A DNA stretch of 64,000 nucleotides, from the NCBI GenBank assembly GCA_963776245.1, contig CAVZLN010000006.1, forward strand, positions 352,001 to 416,000. Reading direction: 5' to 3'. Position 1 is the stretch's first letter, and each line of letters opens with the position of its first letter. Below the pieces are notes generated by a model. The model did not search any database. It was not told where the DNA came from and was given only the letters and a program-made list of their open reading frames with translations. The stretch is from Candidatus Eiseniibacteriota bacterium (GTDB lineage Bacteria > Eisenbacteria > RBG-16-71-46). Shown here piece after piece: positions 36,221-46,104 of the stretch. The position numbers and the translations under genes are program-made.

Positions 36221-38916
36221 CGCCGCTCCAGCATCGCGGGCCAGCGGAGCGCGATCTGGATGGAAGCGCTCTCGCTCGTGCTCACGTCCTCGAGCACGAG
36301 GAAACGCTGAGCGTCGGAGGTGGCGACGAGGCCCGAGCAATTGGCGGGGATCCGGAACAGCGGCCGCGGGGTCCCGGCGGTGAACGAGACCCCCGTTTCG
36401 ACCGGCGCCGTCATCAGGGTGACTCCATCCCCGCCGACGAACAGCAGCTCGCGTCCGTCGCGACGCCAGAACGGACGGCCGAACTTCGAGCGCGTGCCCT
36501 GCCCCGCGCCATCCTTCGATACCCGGTACTTGGCGTTCGGCTCGGGGAAGCCCTGCACGTACAGCTCCGTGCGGCCCGACTCGTCGGAGCGATAGGCGAT
36601 CCAGTGACCGTCAGGCGAGATCGCGGGATCCTCCTCGTGGAACTGTCGGTGAAGCAGAGCGTAACTGGTGGAGTCGCCCCGCTGCGGGAAGACCCAGACA
36701 TCCTCCCCGGTCGTGGGACTCAGCCGGCGCACGAGGAGGTAGCGTCCGTCCGCGGACCAGAACACGGGATTGTCGAAGTCGCCGGCGAGCCGCGCGGCGA
36801 GTTCGACCTCGCCGGCGCCGCTCGCGAGCTTGCGCCACAGGTCCCGATGACCGTGCTTGGCCCCGGCGAGGACGATCCAGCGGCCGTCGGGCGACCAGAT
36901 CGGGTTCTCGGGGAAGTCCACGTCACTCGTCAGTCGCGTGGCCAGGCCGGTAGACAGCTCGATCGTCCAGGCATCCTGTGTGCTGCCCGAGGAGCGGATG
37001 CAGGCCACCCGGTCATTGCCGGGCGAGATGGAGACGTTCTTGTAGGGTGCCGCGGCCGTCGGCACTCGCGCGATGGTCCTGCCCTCGCGGTCCAGCCACG
37101 CGAGCCGGGAGACGAGCTGCGCCCGGCGACGCTGGATCATCACGCCGTTCGCCGACACCGAGACCACGGGATCCCCGTTGTAGCGGCTCCCGTCGGCAGG
37201 CGCCGTGCCGATCACCCGCGGTTCGCCCATCACGACCCCGCGCCGCTCGTCGAAGCGTTGAGCCAGCAGCGTCTCGTCGCGCGGGAAGATCAGGTAGCCG
37301 GGCGCCGCGTACACGGCGTCCGAGCTGGCCGTCACCACCGGCCGGGTGACGGAGGACCCCAGCGAGCCGAGCCGCGTCTGCGCCGTGTCACCCGCGGTGA
37401 GGGTGACGTACAGGAACCGCCGCCCATCCGGCAGGAAGGCCGGGAAGCGGTGCGCGCTCTCGGTCCTCGCGCTGTCGAGCTGGGTGGCCTGCACGGGGCG
37501 TCCTCCGCCCTCCGGGACCTGGAACAGCGGCCCGGCCGACGCGGGCGCGAACAGGATCACGCCGCGCGGGCTCCACGCCGCGCCGCGGCCATCCGGGGCG
37601 TCGCACAGGATCTGGACGTTGCGTCCGCCGGTCTCGATCCGCTTGAGCTTGCCGCCCGCGAAGAACCCGACTGAGCGCCCATCTGGAGACCAGAACGGCA
37701 GGATCGCGTTCTCGGTGCCCGCCAGCGGCCGGGCCAGGTTCTCGTCCAGCTCCCTCACCCAGAGCTGGGAGACCCCGGTGGAATCCGTTCCCTCGAACAC
37801 CACGGCGTCCCCCCGGGGCGAGACCGCGAGCGCCATGGCGTCGTCCTCGATGATCACGCCCTCGGGCGGGACCAGCGCGGCGAAGACCGCGGGGCCCGCT
37901 CCGGGCGCGCCGCCGATCCGCGGAGCGATCGCGATCCCGGCAGCGAGCAGGGCGAAACCTCCCGCCACGATCCACGCCAGGCGTTCCCGCGGGACGCGCC
38001 GCGGCATGGCGGGGGCCGGCGCATCGCCCCGCGAGCCACCGGCGTCGATCCACTCGAGTTGGAGCCTCACGTCGTGCGCCGACTGCAGGCGGGCCGACGG
38101 GTCCTTGGCGAGGCACGCCCGCACCAGTCGGTCGAGCGCCGCCGGCACGATCGGCGATACCTCGGAGATGGGCCGCGGTTCTTCCTTGAGGATCGAGGCG
38201 ATCAAGCTCGCCTGGCTGCTGCCGGTGAAGGCACTCCGTCCCGTCACCATCTCGTAGAGCACGCACCCGAGTGCCCACAGGTCGCTGCGCGCGTCGGCCT
38301 CGTGCCCCTCCAACTGCTCCGGCGACATGTATTGGAACGTGCCGACGATGGTGCCCTCGGCGGTCAGCGGCGAGGCCACCGTGGGCGAGCGCGTGAGCGC
38401 CGACGCCGTGGCGCCGCTGCCACCGCCCGGCCCCGCGAGTCCGGTGGCGCGGGCGAGCCCGAAGTCCATGAGCTTGGCGCCCGAACGGGTGAGCATGACA
38501 TTGCCGGGCTTGAGATCGCGATGGATGACGCCGGCGCGGTGCGCCTTGTCGAGCGCGTCCGCGACCTGTCCGCCGATGCGCAGCGCCTCGGTGGCCGACA
38601 TCGGGCCGCGCGCGAGCCGGTCGGCCAGGGTCTGGCCCTCGACCAGTTCCATCACGAGGAAGTCGGTGGCTCCCTCGCGGCCGACGTCGAGCAGCGTGCA
38701 GATGTTCGGGTGATTGAGGCCCGAGATGATCCGCGCCTCCCGCTCGAATCGGACCCGCACCTCGGGCTCGGCCGACAGGTGCTGGGGCAGCACCTTGATC
38801 GCCACGTCGCGCCCGAGCCGCGTGTCGCGCGCGCGATACACCTCGCCCATGCCGCCGGCGCCGAGCGGCGCGGCGATCTCATAGGGCCCAAGGCGTGTGC
38901 CGGGGGGAATCGACAT
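36217..38916 (-). CDS. Hanks-type Ser/Thr kinase + TM + TolB-like beta-propeller, paralog 1
   Basis: MSIPPGTRLGPY; HRDLKPGN, DFG, YMSPE; hydrophobic helix; SPDG blades. Confidence 0.92.
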   Translation of the reverse strand: MSIPPGTRLGPYEIAAPLGAGGMGEVYRARDTRLGRDVAIKVLPQHLSAEPEVRVRFEREARIISGLNHPNICTLLDVGREGATDFLVMELVEGQTLADRLARGPMSATEALRIGGQVADALDKAHRAGVIHRDLKPGNVMLTRSGAKLMDFGLARATGLAGPGGGSGATASALTRSPTVASPLTAEGTIVGTFQYMSPEQLEGHEADARSDLWALGCVLYEMVTGRSAFTGSSQASLIASILKEEPRPISEVSPIVPAALDRLVRACLAKDPSARLQSAHDVRLQLEWIDAGGSRGDAPAPAMPRRVPRERLAWIVAGGFALLAAGIAIAPRIGGAPGAGPAVFAALVPPEGVIIEDDAMALAVSPRGDAVVFEGTDSTGVSQLWVRELDENLARPLAGTENAILPFWSPDGRSVGFFAGGKLKRIETGGRNVQILCDAPDGRGAAWSPRGVILFAPASAGPLFQVPEGGGRPVQATQLDSARTESAHRFPAFLPDGRRFLYVTLTAGDTAQTRLGSLGSSVTRPVVTASSDAVYAAPGYLIFPRDETLLAQRFDERRGVVMGEPRVIGTAPADGSRYNGDPVVSVSANGVMIQRRRAQLVSRLAWLDREGRTIARVPTAAAPYKNVSISPGNDRVACIRSSGSTQDAWTIELSTGLATRLTSDVDFPENPIWSPDGRWIVLAGAKHGHRDLWRKLASGAGEVELAARLAGDFDNPVFWSADGRYLLVRRLSPTTGEDVWVFPQRGDSTSYALLHRQFHEEDPAISPDGHWIAYRSDESGRTELYVQGFPEPNAKYRVSKDGAGQGTRSKFGRPFWRRDGRELLFVGGDGVTLMTAPVETGVSFTAGTPRPLFRIPANCSGLVATSDAQRFLVLEDVSTSESASIQIALRWPAMLERR

Positions 38917-39045
38917 TCGAAGCGACCTGCCTCATCGTGGAGGGAGCATTGCCGACCGCGGATCCATGGCCGAGGCGAGAAGCCGGTCGGATGGGTCGAA
39001 GCCGTTCGGCGCGCGCGTGGCCGACCCGGGCCACCGCGGCGATTT

Positions 39046-39074
39046 CGCTCCGGAGGGCCCTGCCCTCCGGAGCG
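39046..39074. terminator. Perfect 13-bp hairpin between purA and the kinase array (terminator-like, no U-tract)
   Basis: CGCTCCGGAGGGC-CCT-GCCCTCCGGAGCG. Confidence 0.5.
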
Positions 39075-39205
39075 TTGGCAATCTGATGCGGCGTACCGGC
39101 TTGCGGATTCGATCTCGTTGCGGAGCGCGGGCGCGATCCGCGCCCGACCGACCGCGACTGCGGCCCGGGCGACGGGCGCCGGAGGCTCGCGCCCGGCCCC
39201 GGCCG

Positions 39206-40478
39206 CTAGCGGCGCTCGACCTCGGCCTCGCGTTCGGCGCCCACCGAGACCGAGGTGATGGGCACGCCGGTCTCGTGCTCGATCCACTCGAGGTACGCGC
39301 GGGCGTTCGCGGGGAGGTCCGGCCAGCGCCGCGCCGCGCGCGTCGGGGTGCCGCCACCCCGGGAACACGCGCCACACCGGGCGCACACGCTCGAGGGCCG
39401 TGGCCGAGGCGTCGAAGTCCGCCACCGTGCGGCCGTCGCGCTCGTGGGCCACCGCGACGCGGATCTCGTCGAACTCATCGAGCACGTCGAGCTTGGTGAC
39501 CACCATCGCGTCGAGCGAATTGATGCGGGCCGCGTAGCGCAGCGCCGGCAGGTCGAGCCAGCCGCAGCGGCGCGGCCGCCCGGTGGTGGCGCCGTACTCC
39601 TCGCCCGCCGCGCGCAGATGCGCGGCCTCGGCCTCGGGCATCTCGCTCGGGAACGGGCCATGGCCCACGCGCGTGGTGTACGCCTTGGTCACGCCGATCA
39701 CGCGATCGATCGCGCGCGGGCCGAGGCCGACCCCCAAGGGCGCGCCCGCCGCGCTCGCGGGCGAGGACGTGACGTACGGGTAGGTGCCGTGGTCGAGATC
39801 GAGCAGGGTGCCCTGCGCGCCCTCGAGCAGCACCCGCCGGCCGGTCTTCAGCGCCGCGTGAAGCTCGCCCGAGACGTCGCACACCAGCGGCCGCAGCCAC
39901 GCGATGGTCTCGGCCAGCTCGGCATGGATGGAGGCGCCGCTCATGGCGCCGATCCCCGCGGCGTCGGGGGACTCGCGCGCATGACGCTGGCGGTTGCGCT
40001 CCGCCGCGGCGATGAACGCGTCGCGGTCGAACAGGTCGCCGACGCGGATCCCGGTGCGGCCCGCCTTGTCGCGGTACGCTCCACCGATCCCGCGGCCGGT
40101 GGTGCCGATCGCGCCGGGGCCCTGCTCGGCCACGGCCTCGGCGGCGCGGTGGTAGGGCAGGATGATGTGCGCCGCCGGGCTCACGCCGAGACGCGGGCAC
40201 ACGTCGAGACCGAGTGATTCGAGCCGCCCGACCTCGGCGCGCAGCTGCGGGAGGTCCACCACCACGCCGTTGCCGATCAGGCAGCGGCGTCCGGGATGGA
40301 GCACGCCCGAGGGCACCAGGTGGAGCACCACGGTCGCGCCCTGGTGGATGATGCTGTGCCCGGCGTTGGGCCCGCCCTGATAGCGCGCCACCACGTCGGA
40401 CGCAGCGCTCAGCGCGTCGACGATCTTGCCCTTGCCCTCATCGCCCCACTGGGCGCCCACCACGACGGTGCACGGCAC
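39206..40478 (-). CDS. purA: Adenylosuccinate synthetase (frameshift near 39355)
   Basis: GAQWGDEGKGK, QGGPNAGH, GTTGRGIG, EGAQG, GTYPYVTSS, EYGATTGRPRRCGW, TKLDVL; tail DLPANARAY...SVSVG in the next frame. Confidence 0.95.
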
Positions 40479-40503
40479 GCGCGTCCTCCCGGCGGAACCG
40501 CCT

Positions 40504-42051
40504 CTACGATCCGCTTCCCGTGGTGTCGGCCCTGAGGATCCGGTTCATCCGCTCGCGCAGGATCCAGATGTCCACCGCGCCGAACTTGCCCTGGGGCACG
40601 GCTCGGACGAAGACGTACCGCTGGTCGATCCAGTCGTAGAGCGGCCGGTCGTTCTTGTATCCCCAGGAGGCCGGCACGTCGAGGGCCACGATCGCGTCCG
40701 GCTGCCGCCTCAAGATGGGATCCTGGTCCGGCCCCCCGGGCTCGCCGGCGGCGACGTAACGGGCCTGCTCCACATCGGTCAATCCGGCGAGATCCCAGAA
40801 CACCAGGTCCTTCGCGACATAGCCCATACCGCCCAGCCACGGTGTCGCGACGGTCGCTCCCTTGTGGAGGTGCGCCGCCAGCCACTCCCCGGCGGCCACC
40901 TGGGGAGACCCGCGCATCTGCATGTTCATGCCCTCGTTGGCGACATAGCCGCGCACCTGCACCTGCCACGCGAACACCGCGCACGCCACCACTCCCAGCA
41001 GGACGACGAGAGCGGATGACCTTCCCAGCCGCAGCGCGCCCGACTCCCGGAGCCGCTCGAGCACCGTGTCCAGCCACACGCCGGACAGCATCGCGATCAC
41101 CGGCCACACCGGGACGATGAATCGACCGAAGGGCATCCAGTCACGGCAGGTGTACAACACGAACACGCCGCCCGCCACGATCACGCCCGCCGCCGCACGC
41201 CACAGCCGGCGATACGCTTCGGTCGTCTCCGCCCTCACGAACACCCACGACAGGAGGATCAGCGGGCCCCCGAGCGAGAGGATCCAGGGCTGCAGCGTCG
41301 AGGGCAGGATGAACAGGGAACTCAGGGTCCCGGGCGACTTCGCGATCGCCGAGTTGGGCAGCCACGAACCGTAGTAGGACAGCCGCACGCACTCCCAGAC
41401 GGCCGCGGGCAGGAGGACGATCGCGAGCAAGAGCAGCTGGCGCGCCATGGAGAGCCGCGAGTCCCGCCCGACCCATCGCAGCGCGATGAACCAGAACAGG
41501 CCGTACATCAGCCCCTCCGGCCGCGTCACGCCGGCCAGCGCGAACGCGGCCGCCGCGAGCACCAGCCCGCCCCAGTTGCCGGACAGCGTCGCGACCACGC
41601 CGCCGAGCAGCAGGCAGCCGAACAGCGGGCCCTCGAGCCCCGCGGTCGCGAAGATGTGGAACCCCGGATTCGTCACGATGAGCGTGAGCGCGACCGCCGA
41701 CGAGAACGCCGTGCATGCCGGACGGGTGAAGCGCATCCCCCACCAGGCCAGGAGGATCGTGGCGAGCGCGCACGCCAGCCCGAGGGCGCGCGCGATGTCG
41801 GGAAGGCCGAGTGCGGTGACCTTCGCGATCCCGGCGAGAGCGACCGTCCAGAGCGGATTCGAGAAGCCCTCGACCCGTTCGCCGTCATTGAAGGTGAGGC
41901 CTGCGCCGTGCGCGAGGCGATCGGCGTAGCGGAACGAGATGTACGCGTCGTCGGTGACGTGGGGCCAGAGATACGACTGCGCCGCGAGCGTGACCGCGAG
42001 CGCGAGGATCAGCCCCGTGACGGAGGGTCGGCTCGGATTCGCAGCACGCAT
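40504..42051 (-). CDS. GT-C-like membrane glycosyltransferase (AftB/ArnT-like 'DDAYI' family)
   Basis: TM1 then TDDAYISFRYADRLAHGAGLTFNDGERVEGFSNPLW, GLEGP, TRPEG, YYGSWLPNS..AK, DWMPFGRF, DLAGLTD. Confidence 0.75.
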   Translation of the reverse strand: MRAANPSRPSVTGLILALAVTLAAQSYLWPHVTDDAYISFRYADRLAHGAGLTFNDGERVEGFSNPLWTVALAGIAKVTALGLPDIARALGLACALATILLAWWGMRFTRPACTAFSSAVALTLIVTNPGFHIFATAGLEGPLFGCLLLGGVVATLSGNWGGLVLAAAAFALAGVTRPEGLMYGLFWFIALRWVGRDSRLSMARQLLLLAIVLLPAAVWECVRLSYYGSWLPNSAIAKSPGTLSSLFILPSTLQPWILSLGGPLILLSWVFVRAETTEAYRRLWRAAAGVIVAGGVFVLYTCRDWMPFGRFIVPVWPVIAMLSGVWLDTVLERLRESGALRLGRSSALVVLLGVVACAVFAWQVQVRGYVANEGMNMQMRGSPQVAAGEWLAAHLHKGATVATPWLGGMGYVAKDLVFWDLAGLTDVEQARYVAAGEPGGPDQDPILRRQPDAIVALDVPASWGYKNDRPLYDWIDQRYVFVRAVPQGKFGAVDIWILRERMNRILRADTTGSGS

Positions 42052-42133
42052 GGGATCCGCCTTCCGCTGGGTCCATCGGGTGGATGAGGATCGGGCTCCG
42101 GCCCGGGCGTCCGGCGCGTCGCGCGCGCGGCGG

Positions 42134-42162
42134 ATTGTCACGGCCTCGTAGGGCGATGTCAA
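42134..42162 (-). promoter_or_regulatory. Sigma70 promoter for the GT-C gene and probably purA
   Basis: TTGACA-N17-GACAAT. Confidence 0.65.
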
Positions 42163-42179
42163 TCCGCGGTCGTGCCCGT

Positions 42180-42383
42180 TCAGCTCTCGCGCGGCGGGTG
42201 CGCTTGCGGGTCCGGCTCGCACCTCGCGGGCTTCGGCCTCGCGACGTCGTCGTCGTGGAGCATCCGGAGGGCGGGAGTGTCGAGGTCGTCGAACTGGCCA
42301 TGCCGGACCGCCCACGCATAGGCGAGGACCGCGCCGAACACGACGCTCAGCACCACCGGCAGCACGATGAACAGCACGCTCAC
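42180..42383 (-). CDS. ccoS: cbb3 oxidase maturation protein CcoS/FixS
   Basis: One TM then WAVRHGQFDDLDTPALRML. Confidence 0.9.
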   Translation of the reverse strand: MSVLFIVLPVVLSVVFGAVLAYAWAVRHGQFDDLDTPALRMLHDDDVARPKPARCEPDPQAHPPRES

Positions 42384-44822
42384 GTGCGGGGCTCCTCGAA
42401 GGTGCGGCCGAGCCACGCGGCCAGCACCACGGTGAGCGACGAGGCCGGCATCAGGATGGCGGCGATGAGCGGATCGATCACGCCCGCGATGGCGAGCCCG
42501 GCGCCCACCACGTTGTAGGCGAGCGAGAACACGATGGCGCGGCGGATCACCCGCATCACCCGGCCGGCGCCCTCGATCAGCGCCAGCAGCGACGACAACC
42601 CGGTGCGCGCGAGGAAGACGTCCGCCGCCGCGAGGCACGCCTCGGCGCCACCGCGCATCCCCACGCCCACCGTCGCGCGCGCGATCGCCGCGGCGTCGTT
42701 GACGCCGTCGCCCACCATCACCACCGGGCCCTCGAGCGCCAGCGCCTCGATGGCGCGCAGCTTGTCCTCGGGGCCGGCCCCTCCGCGACAGTCCGCGGGC
42801 GCGAAGCCGAGCGCGGCGCCCACGGCCTCGACCACCGCCGGGTCATCGCCCGAGAGCAACGACAGCCGCCAGCCCTTCGCGCGCAGCGCCGCCAGCGCGG
42901 CGTGCGCGTCCGGGCGGATCGGATCGCCGAAGCCCGCGCGGGCCACCACGCGGCCGTCCACCGCGATCAGCACCGGGGTGAGCGTCGCTCCTCCGGCCGC
43001 GCCCGGTGCCGGGTCGCCGGCGGCGCGCACGCGCACGAACGCGGGCGAGCCCACCACCACCCGGCGCCCGCCGACCGTGCCCTCGATCCCGCCCCCCGCC
43101 GTGCTCACCACGTCCGCGGCATCGAGTCCCGCGACGCCGGGCCACGCGTCGCGGAAGCCGGCGGCCAGCGGGTGCCCCGAGCACCGCTCGAGCGCCAGGA
43201 TCAGCGGCTTCACCTCCTCGGGCCCCTCCCACGCCGCGAGCGTCGATCGTCCCTCGGTCACCGTGCCCGTCTTGTCGAGCACGAGACGCGCCGGGCGCGC
43301 GAGGGCCTCCAGCGCGTCGCCGCCCTTCATGAGCACGCCGGCGCGCGCGGCGCGGCCGATGGCGACGGTGACGGCGAGCGGCGTCGCGAGGGCCAGCGCG
43401 CACGGGCAGGTCACGACCAGCAGCGCGATCGCGTAGTCGAGCGCGCGCGCGGGCGCCCGCCAGGTCCAGAGCGCGAACGTGCCGAGCGCCAGCACCAGCA
43501 CCACGCCCACGAAGACGCCGGCGAGCGAGTCCGCGGTGCGCACCACCGGGGCGCGGCGCCGTGCGCCGGCCTCGACCTCGCGCAGGACACGGCCGATGCG
43601 GCTGGTCTCGCCCGCCCGCTCGACGCGCACGCGGAGGGGCGAGGTGCGATTGAGCGTGCCCGCCCACACCGCGGCGCCGGGCGCCGCGAGCACCGGCCGG
43701 GTCTCGCCGGTGAGCAGCGACACGTCCAGATCGGAGGCTCCGGCCAGCACGGTGCCATCCGCGGCGAGCGTGTCCCCCGGGCGCACGTCGAGCGTCATGC
43801 CGGGCAGCAGGGCCTCGGTCGGGAGCTCGCGCACCCCGCCCGCGTCGTCCACCACCCGCGCGGCCGAGGGTGAGAGCGCGTAGAGCAGTTCCGCCGAATC
43901 GGTGGCCGCGCGCTGGGCGCGCTGCTGGAGGAAGCGGCCGACCAGCAGCAGGAACACCAGCGTGGTCACGCCGTCGAAGTAGATCGGCCCGCGGTCGGTG
44001 ATGGTGTTGATGGCGCCGCGCACGAACCCGGCGCCCAGCGCCAGCGCGATCGGCAGATCCATGTGGAGCGTCCGCGTCCGCAGCGCCGCCCAGCCGCCGC
44101 GGAAGAACACCATCGCCGGCCCCATCGCGGCGACGGTGAGGATCAGGCTCACCCAGCGGAAGTAGCGCTCGTACTCGGGCTCGATGTGTCCGAACCAGCC
44201 GCTGTAGATGGCGAGCGCCACCGTCATCACGTTGCCGGCGATGGCGCCGGAGACGCCGATGCGGACCAGCATCGCGCGGTCCTCGGCACGCCGCATCCGC
44301 TCGGCTTTCACCCCGCGGAACGGGTGCGGCCGGTAACCGAGCGTGTCGAGGAAGCGCGCGATCGCCGAGAGCGGCAGCGCCGCGGCGTCCCAGGTGACCC
44401 GCGCCACCGAGCGGCGCACGTCCAGCTCGGCGCTCGCCATCCCCGCGAGGCGGAGCGGCACGCGCTCCACCAGCCACACGCAGGAGCCGCAGTGCACGCC
44501 CTCGAGGTAGAGGTCGGTCTGCGACAGCCCGCGCGGCGAGCGGCCGGACGTGGAGCGCGTGGAAGGAGGCGTGGTCGAACTCCTCGAAGCTCCTGCCGCT
44601 GGCGCGCACCGGGGCGCGGCGACGCTCGGCCATGTCGTAGTAGCGCTCGAGGCCGCTCTCGTGGATGATCGCGTAGGCGGCGCGGCAGCCGTCGCAGCAG
44701 AACGGGAGCGCCGAGTCGCGCTCGAGCGGCCCGCGCGGCATGTCGAGGCCGCAGTGCGCGCACGTCACGGCGGTGCGCACATCGTCCGGGGCGTGGACGG
44801 CGGCGGCCTCGGCGACGCTCAT
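42380..44822 (-). CDS. ccoI: P1B-type Cu ATPase CcoI/FixI (frameshift near 44535)
   Basis: N-terminal CAHCG...FCCDGC, HCGSCVWLVE, LTGE, CPCAL, DKTGT, HP, GDGVND. Confidence 0.92.
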
Positions 44823-45619
44823 GGGGCCCCGGCGACGGCGGGCGCGGCGGAGTCCGCGGCCGCCCCGGCGCCGCCCGGCGTCGTCGCGCAGCAGTCCCCG
44901 CGGGCCGCCGCCCCCACCCCCACGCCGTGCCCGGATGGGACGGCGCGGGCGGCGAACGTGGTGGGGATGCGACCGGCCATCGTGAGCGCCCCCACGATCA
45001 CCAGCAGGCACGCGGTGACGGCGGGCAGGCGCTGGCGCAGCGGGCCGAACGCGCGCTGCGCGGCGAGGCCGAAGCCCGCCATCACCGGGACGGTGCCCAG
45101 CCAGAACGTGGCCATCACCAGCGCCCCCGCGAGCGGGGCGCCGGTGGCGGCGGCGGTGGCGACGAAGGCGTAGAGCCAGCCGCAGGGCAGGAGCGTGGAG
45201 AGCAGTCCGAGCGCGAGCGCGCGCACCTCGGGGGGCCGGGCGTGGAGCGCCCGCATCGCCGCGGCGATCCCGCGGTGCAACCCGGCGGGCGCGATCGTGG
45301 CCGGCAGGCGCACGCCGAGCGCGCGCAGCAGCGTGGCGCTGCCCCAGACCACCATCAGCAGACCGGCCAGCACCGCGGCCCCGCGCCCGACGCCGGCGGT
45401 GGCGCCCATGCGGTCCACCCCGGCGCCGAGCGCGCCCGCGATGCCGCCGAGGACGGCATACGACACCAGCCGGCCGCCGTTGTACGCCAGGTGCGGCCAC
45501 GGCCGCCGGTGGCCGCTCTCCTGGCCGGAGTAGAACACCACGAAGCCGCCGCACATGCCGGCGCAGTGCGGGCTGCCGAGCAGGCTTGCGCCGAGGATCG
45601 AGCCGACCAGCGCGATCAT
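44819..45619 (-). CDS. DsbD_2/TauE-like membrane protein of cbb3 assembly
   Basis: SPHCAGMCGG, YNGGR, LLPCGWLY, FWLGT. Confidence 0.85.
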   Translation of the reverse strand: MIALVGSILGASLLGSPHCAGMCGGFVVFYSGQESGHRRPWPHLAYNGGRLVSYAVLGGIAGALGAGVDRMGATAGVGRGAAVLAGLLMVVWGSATLLRALGVRLPATIAPAGLHRGIAAAMRALHARPPEVRALALGLLSTLLPCGWLYAFVATAAATGAPLAGALVMATFWLGTVPVMAGFGLAAQRAFGPLRQRLPAVTACLLVIVGALTMAGRIPTTFAARAVPSGHGVGVGAAARGDCCATTPGGAGAAADSAAPAVAGAP

Positions 45620-46104
45620 CCCGCGGCCCTCGACCCGGTGTCGCACGAGAGCCGGCGCAGGTAGCGTTCGGCGCCGCGCGTGGCCTCGAGGTCGAGCTCC
45701 CACAGGCCGCGCCGGCCCAGCGGCAGCGTCCCGGCGTACGCGCCGATGCCCACCCTCGCGAGCGGCGCGGTGACCGGGTGCGCGGCCGCCCGATTGTGCA
45801 CCGCGGTGACCCGCACCTGCGCGCCGTCCACCGGCGTCCCGGCGCGATCGGTGACCTGCACGCGCAGCGGCGCCGAGCCCCCGGCGTCCGGCCGGCCCAG
45901 TTCGACCGCGACCCGCCAGCCGAGCGCGTCGCTGCGCCGCTCCGCGGCGAGCGTGGAGTCGAAGGCCACCGCGCGGCGGTAGTAATCGCGCTCCACCACC
46001 GCGGCGTCCCGACCGTGGGCCGCCACCAGCAGGAAGACATTGGCGCCCACGGTCACGGCCAGCACCGCGACCACCGCCAGCGGCCACAGGCGCGCGGGCG
46101 TCAT
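45616..46104 (-). CDS. ccoH: FixH/CcoH family protein (YtkA-like C-terminal domain)
   Basis: MTPARLWP..TM..VERDYYRRAVAFD..LGW..GLWEL; ATGA at 46101-46104. Confidence 0.8.
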   Translation of the reverse strand: MTPARLWPLAVVAVLAVTVGANVFLLVAAHGRDAAVVERDYYRRAVAFDSTLAAERRSDALGWRVAVELGRPDAGGSAPLRVQVTDRAGTPVDGAQVRVTAVHNRAAAHPVTAPLARVGIGAYAGTLPLGRRGLWELDLEATRGAERYLRRLSCDTGSRAAG

